DNA of 40,760 nt, taken from contig NC_057758.1 of assembly GCF_004010195.1 (NCBI RefSeq), positions 4,590,174-4,630,933 of the forward strand, given 5' to 3'. The position numbers and the translations under genes are program-made. The notes beneath the pieces were generated by a model that was given only the letters and a program-made list of their open reading frames with translations, had not been told where the DNA came from and made no database searches. The stretch comes from Chiloscyllium plagiosum. Taxonomy: Eukaryota. Every line of letters begins with the position of its first letter. The stretch's first letter is position 1. Of this stretch, positions 1 through 11,832 are shown in pieces.

Positions 1-600
1 GGGGTTGAGGGAAACATGAACGCATAGCGTAGGTGATTCGGCTCTGCGAGCTTGTTACCCCATTGAGAATGCTCCTTGTTGATACGATTGTGACTGAATA
101 CTCCTTTCCCAAATAATTATTGACCGCAATGCCCAAAGGTTAGTTGAGCTCAGCTTTCAGTACGTAGCAAGACCCAGTCTTCACTGTTCCCTGGGGTGAG
201 GACACCATAGACAGCACAGTGCAAAGGAGAAAAAGACATTCTTAGCTCAGTGGGGGACCCGTCATGTTTAAAGTGTGTTAACCAATCACTAAACCATTAA
301 CTATTTTGAGACACAAGGACAACAATTAGGAACAGACATACACATTTCAGGCCTTCAAATTTACGTCACATTCCCACTGATACTCCAATCAAATATTCAG
401 CAGCTGTAATTTGCGTTTTAAGACCCCATAATACCATAAGAGCATAAAAAGGATCCGAATTCGGCCATTTATTCCATTAAGTCCGCTCTGCTGTCCGATA
501 ATGGCTGCTATGTTTCTTAGCACCATTCACCTGACATCTCCCAATAACCCTTCATCCCCTTAAAATCTATAACTTACGTGTCTCTGTATTTAAAAAAATC
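1..600 (-). mobile_element. Two old CR1-type LINE 3'-end fragments (part of the recurring landmark block also at ~24740-25450 and ~39390-39796)
   Basis: Reverse-orientation CR1 3' tail wording (accataagagcata...ggccattta...gctctgctgtccgataatggctg at 433-510); 1-340 aligns by eye with 39390-39740 and 24740-25100. Confidence 0.55.
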
Positions 601-843
601 TTTTTTTTCTGTATGACTCTATGATTATGTCTGTGTCTACGCGCATCTGTATCTGTGTTTGTCTGTGTCTTTGGGAGTGTACCCGAATTGTAATGAAAGA
701 CGATATTCCATTTGCCACCTTATTTGCCTGCTGCACCTGCAAGCCACATTATACTGATTAATGCACAAGGACACCAAGGTCCATCTGCATTGCCGCATGC
801 TGCATTTATTTTTACCATTGAAATGATAGTCCAATTTGCTATT

Positions 844-1583
844 CGTTATGAAGGTTGCGTGTGTACTGTACCTTTAAGATAGCAAGGAAAGACTGAAAGC
901 ATAGCGTGTGTTAACCAATTTAAAAATGTAAAATTTGTTTGTGAAATAAATGGCGGGCGCTGATTTTCCATGGTACACAGCGAATACGAATTTGCCCATT
1001 CAGTTTAAATGATGCCTTAATATGCCAAAATCCAGTCGAATTTGAATTTTAATGTTTTGATGACATCAAAACAATGAGACGGTCCAATGTTTGGGGGTAT
1101 ACATTCGGGTAATTTAAGCAATTGCGAGAACAGCAAAGAACGCCAAGCAACAAATCACTGCTAGCAGAATAGCTCTTTGACAACTACCTGCTCATAAGAA
1201 AGTAGTGCAGCAGAGGGCCGAAGAAGTGATAACAGAGGAAAATCGGTGGAGGAAAATAGACGGAGGAAAATCGACAAACGAGAATCGACACAGAATCACA
1301 TTTGAAACGTGATTTCTTTTTGGTTAGTCTTAACTGGTGTTTTTATCGGACCATTATTCTAGAGTGGGAGGTAAATGACAGGTTTAATGGAAAGTAGTTG
1401 TAAATAGGTGTTGTCTAATGTTCTATTCTGGACTTAAAGAATAAAATAATTACTTATTTTTGTTTAAGTGGTGGGATTTGGGACAGTTCTTTGCCTCTCC
1501 AATTTTAACAGATTATAGCCCGAGGTGAGCTTTTCTGTGTGCATGGCCTAAATTAGCAGAACGATTCACCCCGTGCTGCAGCA
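844..1583 (+). mobile_element. Solo LTR (probably Gypsy-type)
   Basis: Begins (c/t)gttatgaa, ends ...gca; flanked by 4-bp direct repeat TATT (840-843, 1584-1587); TATA-like ggggtata at ~1094 and AATAAA at ~1440. Confidence 0.6.
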
Positions 1584-2809
1584 TATTATTTTGAACAAAA
1601 TGGATCACATCAAATTTACAAATATTGTCCTGTAGAGTGCATCAAAAATGGTTGGAAGTTAGAGAAACTGCAATAAAATTCATCGACAACTTCCTCAAAA
1701 ATGCTTCGCTCAGACGATACTGGCTGCAATTGCAGTGGTAATATACTTCAATATACAATTAACGTAAGGAATACAGCCCAAGAACAAAGCATTTTCAAAT
1801 TGCAGGTTCAGCACAAAACTTACTCTACATAAGAACTTTCCACGCTAAGGGTCTTCCCTAGAACGACAGTCTTCTCTAAAAAAAGGCTGTTGTGTAATTG
1901 TATGTATGCATATGAACTGATGGTACTGTCAGTTTCATTGGAGCTTTGAAATGCGGCCCTTCCCCTCTCCCTCTACCTTTGAGTACTTGATGCGATTGTT
2001 GGAGTGTCGGAGGGCCAGCAGAGAGGGAATGCATCTTTTTGAACAGTGACAGCCAAACCTGCCATTCACTCTAACACTCAATGAGACTGGCATGTATACA
2101 GACGTGGGGAGTCTGTCGAAATTAGTCTTGCTCCGTGATGAGTTTCGCAATGTTTCATTCACTCAGTCTTCTGTATGTCAGAAAGCCTGTTACTTAGTTG
2201 GCAGTGTGTAATGATGTGACTGGCTACGAATAATGTGTGCCAGTATTATCATTGCTGATATATTTGAGTGTGCTAGTATTTCAGTTGTTCTCAGTGACGT
2301 CCAGCTCTTGTACAATTTTCATGCTTGCAGATAACAAACCTTGGAGAATTGTAAAGTTTTTGGTGGACAGTTTGGAATACAAACAGGAGAGTGGCAAGTT
2401 TATGCATTGTTCAGGAATATTGCAGATGACGATCAATGCAGAGCAGTATGAGATGATGCGCATTGAAGGTAAAGTCAATAGGCCTGCAAAGTTATAAAGG
2501 GATTGCAGAAGCAGAGAGCCCTAGGCGTGTATCATCGCAGATTATTGAAGCTGTCATGACAACTGGGGAGAGCAGTAAATATCAGAGATTAGCTTCATGA
2601 ACTGCGCTGTTTACAGGAGAAGATGTAGGTGGGAGTCAATGTCCTCCCTTTCTGGCAGGTGCTGGAGATGATGTGTTGTGAGTCCACCATCTAACCCACC
2701 ATGACCATGGAGATCTGATTTGTACCAACTAGACACAGAAGGAGCTGACATTAGGGCCAGGGCTTTTCAGTTGTGCTGGCGAAACGGAACTGATTCTGGT
2801 TTAATGTGA

Positions 2810-2940
2810 TTCGGAGATGCTGGTGTTGGACTGGGGTGTACAAAGTTAAAAATCACACAAAGTTAAAAATCGCACCGAAAGCTAGTGTCCTTCCAATTAA
2901 TCCTGTTGGACGAGAACCTGGTGTTGTTTGATTTTTAACT
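2810..2940. mobile_element. Short Penelope-like terminal-repeat remnant with inverted halves
   Basis: aagttaaaaatca ... tgatttttaactt inverted match; ccgaaagctagtg..ttccaattaa.cctgttgga terminus; flanked by TSD tggtttaatgt (2797, 2941); empty site in the paralog at ~29275. Confidence 0.65.
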
Positions 2941-3310
2941 TGGTTTAATGTCAGAATTGTCTTTCACTTAATATTGTTCCATATTCGGTTGGTGGGGCGT
3001 AGATGTTTCAGAATCTCCACAAGAGTCTTCTCGGTTCTGTCCGGATCGTGCTGGTGTCCTCCACACATGGCGGGTAAGGGGCGTGAAAAGAACGGGTATT
3101 TGACACTTCACTACCCGGCTTGGCCCTTTCTGTCCTTTTACAGGCTGTTTCTCCAGGAATTGGAGAACGGGAGGGCGCGAATGTTGGGAGGTGTGGATGG
3201 CACTGCCCTTAATGATAGCGTAGATGTGGAGGAAATGGCGAAGTGTCCGGAGGGAATCAGTACACAGTGTTGTATCCATGCAGTTTTAATGGTGTGGGGA
3301 GTATAGTGGA

Positions 3311-3355
3311 AGAGAGAAAGAGAAAGAGAGAGAGAGAGAGTAAGAGGGAGAGAGA
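3311..3355. repeat. (GA)n microsatellite in intron 1 of the Myb-like pseudogene
   Basis: Direct read; same position in the other copies (9156-9209, 29580-29625). Confidence 0.9.
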
Positions 3356-3683
3356 TAATTTGCTGTACGCAGTACTGAAAGTCATGGAGGATGAGTCTTG
3401 TTCGGGAGAATGTGCCATTACAGATATACAGTGAGTATGAGGATGCAGAGCGAATACAGTGACACGTATCTGTGCAGAGCAGGTATGGCTATTGATGCTT
3501 GACCTGTATTGCTAGACTTATGCAGATAACGCACTAAGATGGGTGGTGAGAGCTCAGACCATGCTTGGTGGTACTGGTGGCATAGCCCGTTTTGTGAATG
3601 GCAGACTTCTGTACTCGCAAATCCACCAGGTCCTCTGTGCCCCTGTCGATAAATCGTGGTGGTATTGTCCCTTATTTTCCATG

Positions 3684-3895
3684 AGGAGAAAGTGAGGTCT
3701 GCAGATGCTGGAGATCAGAGATGGAAATGTGTTGCTGGAAAAGCGCAGCAGGTCAGGCAGCATCTAGGGAACGGGAGAATCGACGTTTCGGGCATTAGCC
3801 CTCATTCCTGAAGAAGGTCTAATGCCCGAAACGTCGATTCTCCTGTTCCCTAGATGCTGCCTGACCTGCTGCGCTTTTCCAGCAACACATTTCCA
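3684..3895. mobile_element. Palindromic Penelope-like terminal (pLTR) insertion with 16-bp TSD
   Basis: TSD tcccttattttccatg at 3668-3683 and 3896-3911; inverted arms 3721-3798 / 3819-3896; absent from copy B (single site at 9521-9536); same sequence as the Penelope 3' end at 37597-37670. Confidence 0.9.
3803..3840 (+). ncRNA. Minimal type I hammerhead ribozyme-like motif of Penelope pLTR (stem II has one mismatch)
   Basis: CUGAAGA (3808-3814)-A-GGUC UAAU GCCC-GAAA (3828-3831)-CG-UC; core boxes in hammerhead order. Confidence 0.55.
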
Positions 3896-4613
3896 TCCCT
3901 TATTTTCCATGCTCGGGGTAAATTGTGCAGGGCAGATCCAAACAGAGAAAGCTCAACTGAGTGCCCATTGTCATTTTAAAGATTACATACTGCCAGGGAT
4001 CATTGAATATCCAGGGGTATCTGGGCGATGGTGAGTACCTCCAACCCGAAAATTGGCCGTGAATTGAATGAGCGGGACACCATGGAATGGGATGGGTAAG
4101 TAATGAAGTGAGTTCGACAAGATAGTGACCCCAAACTCAGTTACAAAGTTACAGATGAAATGCTCATTGAAAACATTCCATCATCTGAATTCACACCAAA
4201 ATCCCATTCACCCATCATTCATGGGAATACAGGCCCATGAGGAAGGATGCAATCGAAATGTCTTTATGTCAGCATTCCGAAACCTGTGAAAACATTCGTT
4301 CATGATGCTATCTCCCAGTCACACTCTTTCTGTCTATTTCCAAAACACCTCCCATTTGCTCGTGTTTGAACTGCTCACCTTCTCTGGCAGATACTTACTC
4401 ACCAATAGCACCCCTTATCATGGTAGAATGGAGATATGAAGCTTAAAATGAATGGGAGTTGTACATCCTCTCACGTACAACAATGGCTGCAAACGTCGCC
4501 ACACAGGGCAGTGATTTAACACAGCATGACAGAGCAATGTACTTGGGTGGTGGATACAGCTGTACGTGCCTGGAAGATAGCTACTCCTGTTTTACAGATC
4601 TATCCATTAGTGT

Positions 4614-5778
4614 TCATAAGAACATAAAAAATTGTTGCAGGTATAGCCAATCCGGCCCTTAGAACCTGGTCTATAATTAAATAATATTATTACTGATCAT
4701 TTCGTGGACTCAGCTACACATCCCGCGCTGTAACTGGCGCCCGTAATTCGTTTATTGTTCAATAAAAAACTCAATCTTAGCATTAAAAACGTTTACTGAG
4801 CAAGCGTCAAGTGCTTGACTGGGCAAAGAATTCCACAGATTTACAACCGTCTGGGTGAAGATGCTTCTTCTTAATTCAGTCCTAAATCTGCTCCCTCTGG
4901 TCTTGAGGCTGTGCCTCCTTTTCCTAGTTTCACCTGCCAATAGAAGCATCCTCTCAACTTATATCTTATATATTCCTTTCATAATTCTATATGTTTCTGC
5001 ACGGCTCCCCCACCCCCCATTCTTCTGGACTCCTATGAATATAATCCCAGGCTACTGAGTCTCTCCTCACCTACCTTCGTCTCACTGTCAATTACTGGCG
5101 TGTTGCTAGTGTTCTCAACTGTGAAGATGGAAACAATACACTTGTTCAACGTCTTGACCATTTCATCACATCCCATATCTAAATGCTCCTTCTGATCCTG
5201 TAAAGGACTAACATTCATCCATCTTTATGTCGTTTCACATAGATCTAGAAGCCTTTGCTTTCTGTCGTTATATTGTATGCTTTCTTTTTGTCAAGTTCCT
5301 TATAACTCTTTTTGTGGCTTTCTGTTAAAAGGTTACCAGATCGTCCAGTTCCTTGCTGTTCTTTTTCAATTTGTATTTCTTCCCTTTCAATTTGATAGCC
5401 TCCCTTACTTTCTGAGACACGCATGACATGTTGCCCCTTTTCTCACAGTCCTTCCTTTGCATTGTAACATCCTTTTGCTGAGCACTTCGGAACATTGTTT
5501 TGAAAGTCCGCCATTACTCATCAAAAGTTTAATCATAATATTTTTGTTTTCAGTCTATTTTAGCCAAGTCCTCACTCATCTTATTGCTGTCTGCCGTGTT
5601 TAAGCATAGGACCCTGGTACTGAATTTTATCTTCTCACTCTGCATCTGTATTGTAAATTCAACCATATTGTAATCACTACGTTCACGGGGATGCCTAACT
5701 ATAAGGCAATTAGTTATTTATGTATCATTGCACAGGACCAGACCTAGGATAGTTTGCTCCCGCTTCAGTTCCATTACA
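4614..5778 (-). mobile_element. CR1 LINE remnant (3' UTR, ORF2 pieces), copy A, cut by the gap
   Basis: cataagaacata tail; minus-strand FRTELRRSIFTQTVVNLWNSLP and ILGLVLCN (endonuclease LDLVL-like). Confidence 0.9.
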
Positions 5779-6278
5779 NNNNNNNNNNNNNNNNNNNNNN
5801 NNNNNNNNNNNNNNNNNNNNNNNNNNNNNNNNNNNNNNNNNNNNNNNNNNNNNNNNNNNNNNNNNNNNNNNNNNNNNNNNNNNNNNNNNNNNNNNNNNNN
5901 NNNNNNNNNNNNNNNNNNNNNNNNNNNNNNNNNNNNNNNNNNNNNNNNNNNNNNNNNNNNNNNNNNNNNNNNNNNNNNNNNNNNNNNNNNNNNNNNNNNN
6001 NNNNNNNNNNNNNNNNNNNNNNNNNNNNNNNNNNNNNNNNNNNNNNNNNNNNNNNNNNNNNNNNNNNNNNNNNNNNNNNNNNNNNNNNNNNNNNNNNNNN
6101 NNNNNNNNNNNNNNNNNNNNNNNNNNNNNNNNNNNNNNNNNNNNNNNNNNNNNNNNNNNNNNNNNNNNNNNNNNNNNNNNNNNNNNNNNNNNNNNNNNNN
6201 NNNNNNNNNNNNNNNNNNNNNNNNNNNNNNNNNNNNNNNNNNNNNNNNNNNNNNNNNNNNNNNNNNNNNNNNNNNNNN

Positions 6279-6914
6279 AATGGCGGGCGCTGCGTTTCCT
6301 TGGTAAGCAGCGAATACAAATTTGCCCATTCAGTTTAAATGATGCCTTAAGATGCCAAAATCCAGTCGAATTTGAATTTTAATGTTTTGATGACATCAAA
6401 GCAATGAGGCGGTCCGATATTTGGGGGTATAAATTCGGGTACTTTACGCAATTGGGAGAATGGCAAAGAACGCTAAGCAACAAATCACTGCTAGCAGAAT
6501 AGCTCTTTGAAAGCTACTTGCCCAGAAGAGAGTAGTGCAGCAGAGGGCCGAAGAAGCGATGACAGAGGAAAATCGGTGGAGGAAAATAGACGGAGGAAAA
6601 TCGACAAACAAGAATCGACACAGAATCACATTTGAAACGTGATTTTGTTTTTTGGTTAGTCTTAACTGGTGTTTTTATCGGACCATTATTCTAGAGTGGG
6701 AGGTAAATGACAGGTTTAATGGAAAGTAGTTGTAAATAGGTGTTGTCTAATGTTCTATTCTGGACTTAAAGAATAAAATAATTACTTATTTTTGTTTAAG
6801 TGGTGAATTTGGGACAGTTCTTTGCCTCTCCAATTTTAACAGATTATAGCGCGAGGTGTGCTTTTCTGTGTGCATGGCTTAAATTAGCAGAGCGATTCAC
6901 CCCGTGCTGCAGCA
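6279..6914 (+). mobile_element. Solo LTR, copy B (5' part lost in the gap)
   Basis: Matches 949-1583, followed by the same TATT. Confidence 0.6.
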
Positions 6915-7856
6915 TATTATTCTGAACAAAATGGATCACATCACATTTACAAATATTGTCCTGCAGAGTACATCAAAAATGGTTGGAAGTTAGAGAAAAT
7001 ACAATAAAATTCATCTACAACTTCCTCAAAAATGCTTCGCTCAGATGATACTGGATGCAATTGCAGTGGTAATACACTTCAATATACAATTTATGTAAGG
7101 AATACAGCCCAAGATCAAAGCATTTTCAAATTGCAGGTTAAGCACAAAACTTACTCTACGTAAGAACGTTCCACGCTAAGGGTCTTCCCTAGAACGACAG
7201 TCTTCTCTAAGAAAAGCTGTTGTGTAATTGTATGTATGCATGTGAGCTGATGGTACTGTCAGTTTCATTGGAGCTTTGTACTGCGGCCCTTCCCCTCTCC
7301 CTCGATCTTTGAGTACTTGATGCGTGTTTAAGTGGTGAATTTGGGCCAGTTCTTTGCCTCTCCAATTTTAACAGATTATAGCGCGAGGTGTGCTTTTCTG
7401 TGTGCATGGCTTAAATTAGCAGAGCGAATCACCCCGTGCTGCAGCATATTATTCTGAACAAAATGGATCACATCACATTTACAAATATTGTCCTGTAGAG
7501 TACATCAAAAATGGTTGGAAGTTAGAGAAAGTACAATAAAATTCATCTACAACTTCCTCAAAAATGCTTCGCTCAGACGATACTGGATGCAATTGCAGTG
7601 GTAATACACTTCAATATACAATTTATGTAAGGAATACAGCCCAAGATCAAAGCATTTTCAAATTGCAGGTTAAGCACAAAACTTACTCTACATAAGAACG
7701 TTCCACGCTAAGGGTCTTCCCTAGAACGACAGTCTTCTCTAAGAAAAGCTGTTGTGTAATTGTATGTATGCATGTGAGCTGATGGTACTGTCAGTTTCAT
7801 TGGAGCTTTGTACTGCGGCCCTTCCCCTCTCCCTCGATCTTTGAGTACTTGATGCG
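6793..7856 (+). repeat. Head-to-tail 532-bp tandem duplication (6793-7324 / 7325-7856)
   Basis: tgtttaagtggtgaatttggg recurs at 6793 and 7325; both copies end gagtacttgatgcg; only a few substitutions. Confidence 0.95.
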
Positions 7857-8459
7857 TTTGTTGGAGTGTCGGAGGGCCAGCAGAGAGGGAATGCATCTTT
7901 TTGAACAGAGACAGCCAAACCTGCCATTCACTCTCACACACAATGAGACTGGCACGTATACAGACGTGGGGAGTCTGTCGAAATTAGTCTTGCTCCATGA
8001 TGAGTTTCGCAATGTTTCATTCACTCAGTCTTCTGTGTGTCAGAAAGCCTGTTACTTAGTTGGCAGTGTGTAATTATGTGACTGGCTACGAATGAAGTGT
8101 GCCAGTGTTATCGTTGCTGATATATTTGAGTGTGCTATTTTTTCAGTTGTTCTGAGTGACGTCCAACTCTGGTACAATTTTCATGCTTGCAGATAACAAA
8201 CCTTGGAGAATTGTAAAGTTTTTGGTGGACAGTTTGGAATACAAACAGGAGAGTGGCAAGTTTATGCATTGTTCAGGAATATTGCAGATGACAATCAATG
8301 CAGAGCAGTGTGAGATGATGAGCATTGAAGGTAAAGTCAATAGGCTGCAAAGTTATAATGGGATTGGAGAAGCAGAGAGCCCTAGGCGTGTATCATCGCA
8401 GATTATTGAAGCTGTCATGACAACTGGGGAGAGCAGTAAATATCAGAGATTAGCTTTAT

Positions 8460-9535
8460 GAACTGCGCTGTTTACAGGAGAAGATGTAGGTGGGAGACAA
8501 TGTGCTTCCTTCCTGGTAGGTGATGGAGATGATGTGTTGTGAGTCCACCATCTAACCCGTCCTGACCATGGAGATCCGATTTGTACCAACTAGACACAGA
8601 AGGAGCTGGCATTAGGGCCAGGGCTTTTCAGTTGTGCTGGGGGAACGGAACTGATTCTGGTTTAATGTGATTCGGAGATGCTGGTGTTGGACTGGAGTGT
8701 ACAAAGTTAAAAATCACATAAAGTTGAAAATCGCTCCGAAAGCTAGTGTCCTTCCAATTAAACCTGTTGTGTGATTTTTAACTTGGTTTAATGTGAGAAT
8801 TGTCTTTCACTTAATATTGTTCCATACTCGGTTGGTGGGGCGTGGATGCTTCAGAATCTCCACAAGAGTCTTCTCGGTTCTGTTCGGATCGTGCTAGTGT
8901 CCTCCCCACATGGCGGTTAAGGGGCGTGGAAAGAACGGGTATTTGACACTTCACTACCCGGCTTGGCCCTTTCTGTCCTTTTACACGCTGTTTCTCCAGG
9001 AATTGGAGAACGGGAGGGCGGGAATGACGGGAGTTGTGGATGGCACTGCCCTTAATGCTAGCGTAGATGTGGAGGAAATGGCGAAGTGTCCGGAGGGAAT
9101 CAGTACACAGTGTTGTATCCATGCAGTTTTAATGGTGTGGGGAGTATAGTGGAAGTGAGAGAGAGAAAGAGAGAAAGAGAGAGAGAGAGAGAGAGATCAT
9201 TTAGAGAGATAATTTGTTGTACGCAGTACTGAAAGTAGTGGAGCATGAGTCTTGTTCGGGAGAATGTGCCATTACAGATATAGAGTGAGTATGAAGATGC
9301 AGAGCGAATACAGTGACACGTATCTGTGCAGAGCTGGTATGGCTATTGATACTTGCCTGTATTGCTAGACTTCTGCAGATAACGCACTAAGCTGGGTGGT
9401 GAGAGCTCAGACCATGCTTGGTGGTACTGGTGGCATAGCCCGTTCTGTGAATGGCAGACTTCAGTACTAGCAAATCCACCAGATCCTCTGTGCCCCTGTC
9501 AATAAATCGTGGTGGTATTTTCCCTTATTTTCCAT
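8460..9535 (-). pseudogene. Decayed Myb/SANT-like (Harbinger-type) gene, copy B (exon 1 ~9535-9324, exon 2 ~8997-8827)
   Basis: MENKG.IPPRFIDRGTEDLVDLLV...HQAWSEL.TQLSALSA..QYR.SINSHTSSAQ; exon 2 ends at a canonical CCGA|GTATGG donor. Confidence 0.6.
8671..8783. mobile_element. Penelope-like terminal remnant, copy B
   Basis: Equivalent of 2810-2940; 13-bp TSD tggtttaatgtga on both sides. Confidence 0.65.
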
Positions 9536-11520
9536 GCTCGGGGTAAATTGTGCAGGGCAGATCCAAACAGAGAAAGCTCAACTGTGTGCCCATTGTCATT
9601 TTAAAGATTGCATACTGCCAGGGATCATTGAATATACAGGGGTATCTGGGCAATGGTGAGTACCTCCTCCCCGATGGGTGGGAAAATTGGCCATGAATTG
9701 AATGAGTGGGACACCATGGAATTGGATGGGTAAGTAATGAAGTGAGTTCGACAAGATAGCGACCCCACACTCAGTTACAAAGCTACAGAAGAAATGCTCA
9801 TTGAAAACATTCCATCATCTGAATTCACACCAAAATCCCATTCACCCATCATTCATGGGAATACAGGCCCATGAGGAAGGATGCAATCGAAATGTCTTTA
9901 TTTCAGCATTCAGAAACCTGTGAAAACATCCGTCCATTATGCTATCTCCCAGTCACACTCTTTCTGTCTATTTCCAAAACAACTCCCATTTGCTCGTGTT
10001 TGAACTGCTCACCTTCTCTGGCAGATACTTACTCACCAATAGCACCCCTTATCATGGCAGAATGGAGATATGAAGCTTTAAATGAATGGGAGTTGTAAAT
10101 GCTCTCACGTACAACAATGGCTGCAAACGTCGCCACACAGGGCAGTGATTTAACACAGCATGACGGAGCAATGTACTTGGGTGGTGGATACAACTGTACG
10201 TGCCTGGAAGATAGCTACTCCTGTTTTACAGATCTATCCATTAGTGTTCATAAGAACATAAAAAATTGTTGCAGGTATAGGCGATCCGGCCCTTCGAACC
10301 TGGTCTATCATTAAATAATATTATTACTGATCATTTCATGGACTCAGCTACACTTCCCACGCTGTAACTGGCGCCCGTAATTCGTTTATTGTTCAATAAA
10401 AAACTCAATCTTACCATTAAAAACGTTTACTGAGCTAGCGTCAAGTGCTTGAGTGGGCAAAGAATTCCATAGATTTACAACTGTCTGGTTGAAGAAGCTT
10501 CTTCTTAATTCAGTCCTAAATCTGCTCCCTCTGATCTTGTGCCTCCTTTTCCTAGTATCACCTGCCAATAGAAGCATCCTCTCAACTTATATCTTATCTA
10601 TTCCTTTCATAATTCTATATGTTTTTGCACGGCTCCCCCACCCCCCATTCTTCTGGACTCCTATGAATATAATCTCAGGCTACTGAGTCTCTCCTCACCT
10701 ACCTTCGTCTCACTGTCAATTACTGGCATGTTGCTAGTGTCCTCAACTGTGAAGATGGAAACAATAGACTTTTTAAACGTTTTGACCATTTCATCACATC
10801 CTATATCTAAATGCTCCTTCTGATCCTGTAAAGGACTAACGTTCATCCATCTTTATGTCGTTTCACATAGATCTAGAAGCCTTTGCTTTCTGTCGTTATA
10901 TTGTATGCTTTCTTTTTGTCAAGTTCCTTATAACTCTTTATGTGGCTTTCTGTTAAAAGGTTACCAAATCGTCTAGTTCCTTGCTGTTCTTTGTCAATTT
11001 GTATTTCTTCCCTTTCAATTTGATAGCCTCCCTTACTTTCTGAGACACGCATGACATGTTGCCCCTTTTCTCACAGTCCTTCCTTTGCATTGTAACATCC
11101 TTTTGCTGAGCACTTCGGAACATTGTTTTGAAAGTCCGCCATTACTCATCAAAAGTTTAATCATAACATTTTTGTTTTCAGTCTATTTTAGCCAAGTCCT
11201 CACTCATCTTATTGCTGTCTGCCGTGTTTAAGCATAGGACCCTGGTACTGAATTTTATCTTCTCACTCTGCATCTGTATTGTAAATTCAACCATATTGTA
11301 ATCACTACGTTCACGAGGATGCCTAACTATAAGGCAATTAGTTATTTATGTATCATTGCACAGGACCAGACCTAGGATAGTTTGCTCCCGCTTCAGTTCC
11401 ATTACACCCAGCTCAAGAAACCGATCACGGATATACTCAACTCTCTCCTCCTCAAGGTTACCCACCTGAGCTGTTTCAAATAATCGACATGCAGATTAAA
11501 ATACCCCATAATAATGAATT

Positions 11521-11832
11521 AGATTATTTGCAGTGCGGAAAAATGCTCTTCGGCCCAACAAGTCAACATCGACCCTCCGAAGAGCAACCCACCCAGAGCC
11601 ATTCCCCTACATTTACCCCTTAACCTAACACTACGGGCAATTTACCATGGCCAATTCACCTAACCTGCACATCTTTGGACTGTGGGAGGAAACCGGAGCA
11701 GCTGGAGAAAACCCACTCAGAAACGGGGAGAGTATGCAAACTTCACACAGCCAGTTGCCTGAGGCGGCAAGTGAACCCAGATCTCTGGCACCGTAAGGCA
11801 GCATCGCGAACCATTGTGCCACCATGCCGCCC
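11521..11832 (-). mobile_element. tRNA-derived SINE of HE1 / V-SINE type, nested in the CR1
   Basis: Minus-strand 5' GGGCGGCATGGTGGCACAATGGTT (A box), GGGTTCACTTGCC (B-box-like), central GGTTTCCTCCCACAGTCCAAAGATGTGCAGGTTAGG domain, CR1-like 3' tail. Confidence 0.9.

Larger units (their letters stand above)
2600..3682 (-). pseudogene. Decayed Myb/SANT-like DNA-binding protein gene of PIF/Harbinger type, copy A (exon 1 ~3682-3470, exon 2 ~3154-2983)
   Basis: Frameshift-corrected translation MENKG.IPPRFIDRGTEDLVDL...QAWSEL..HLSALS...INSH..SAQ and EKQPVK.TERAKPGSEVSNTR...EDSCGD, resembling Myb/SANT-like (NAIF1/MSANTD-like) proteins; homologous to 8460-9535 and 29075-29960. Confidence 0.6.
949..5778 (+). 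repeat. Copy A of a ~5 kb near-identical duplicated block (copy B 6279-11406)
   Basis: Colinear near-identity from aatggcgggcgc (949 / 6279) to cttcagttccattaca (5778 / 11406), with scattered substitutions and indels. Confidence 0.97.
6279..11406 (+). repeat. Copy B of the ~5 kb duplicated block
   Basis: Near-identical to 949-5778; lacks the 3684-3895 insertion and has an extra internal 532-bp duplication. Confidence 0.97.

Noticed and set aside
140..192. Possible terminal exon GTVKTGSCYVLKAELN* reminiscent of an Ig secretory tail
   Set aside because: It lies inside the old CR1-derived block repeated at ~24.9 and ~39.55 kb, where the frame is not kept; no Ig domain exons are present.
1977..2058. 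Candidate 82-nt minus-strand exon next to the 52-nt candidate
   Set aside because: Poor polypyrimidine tract, and the GT donor is absent in the copy B versions (gtagag becomes atcgag).
2237..2497. 86-aa ORF with a hydrophobic, signal-peptide-like N-terminus
   Set aside because: It starts at GTG, and copy B has an indel in the hydrophobic part and a different C-terminus, so the frame is not conserved.
5718..6338. Long ORFs across N runs (also 14399-14698, 19947-20747, 28514-29225)
   Set aside because: They are artefacts of translating assembly gaps.
11750..11832. tRNA gene
   Set aside because: The A/B boxes belong to the SINE head; it continues into the SINE body and CR1-like tail, with no full cloverleaf.
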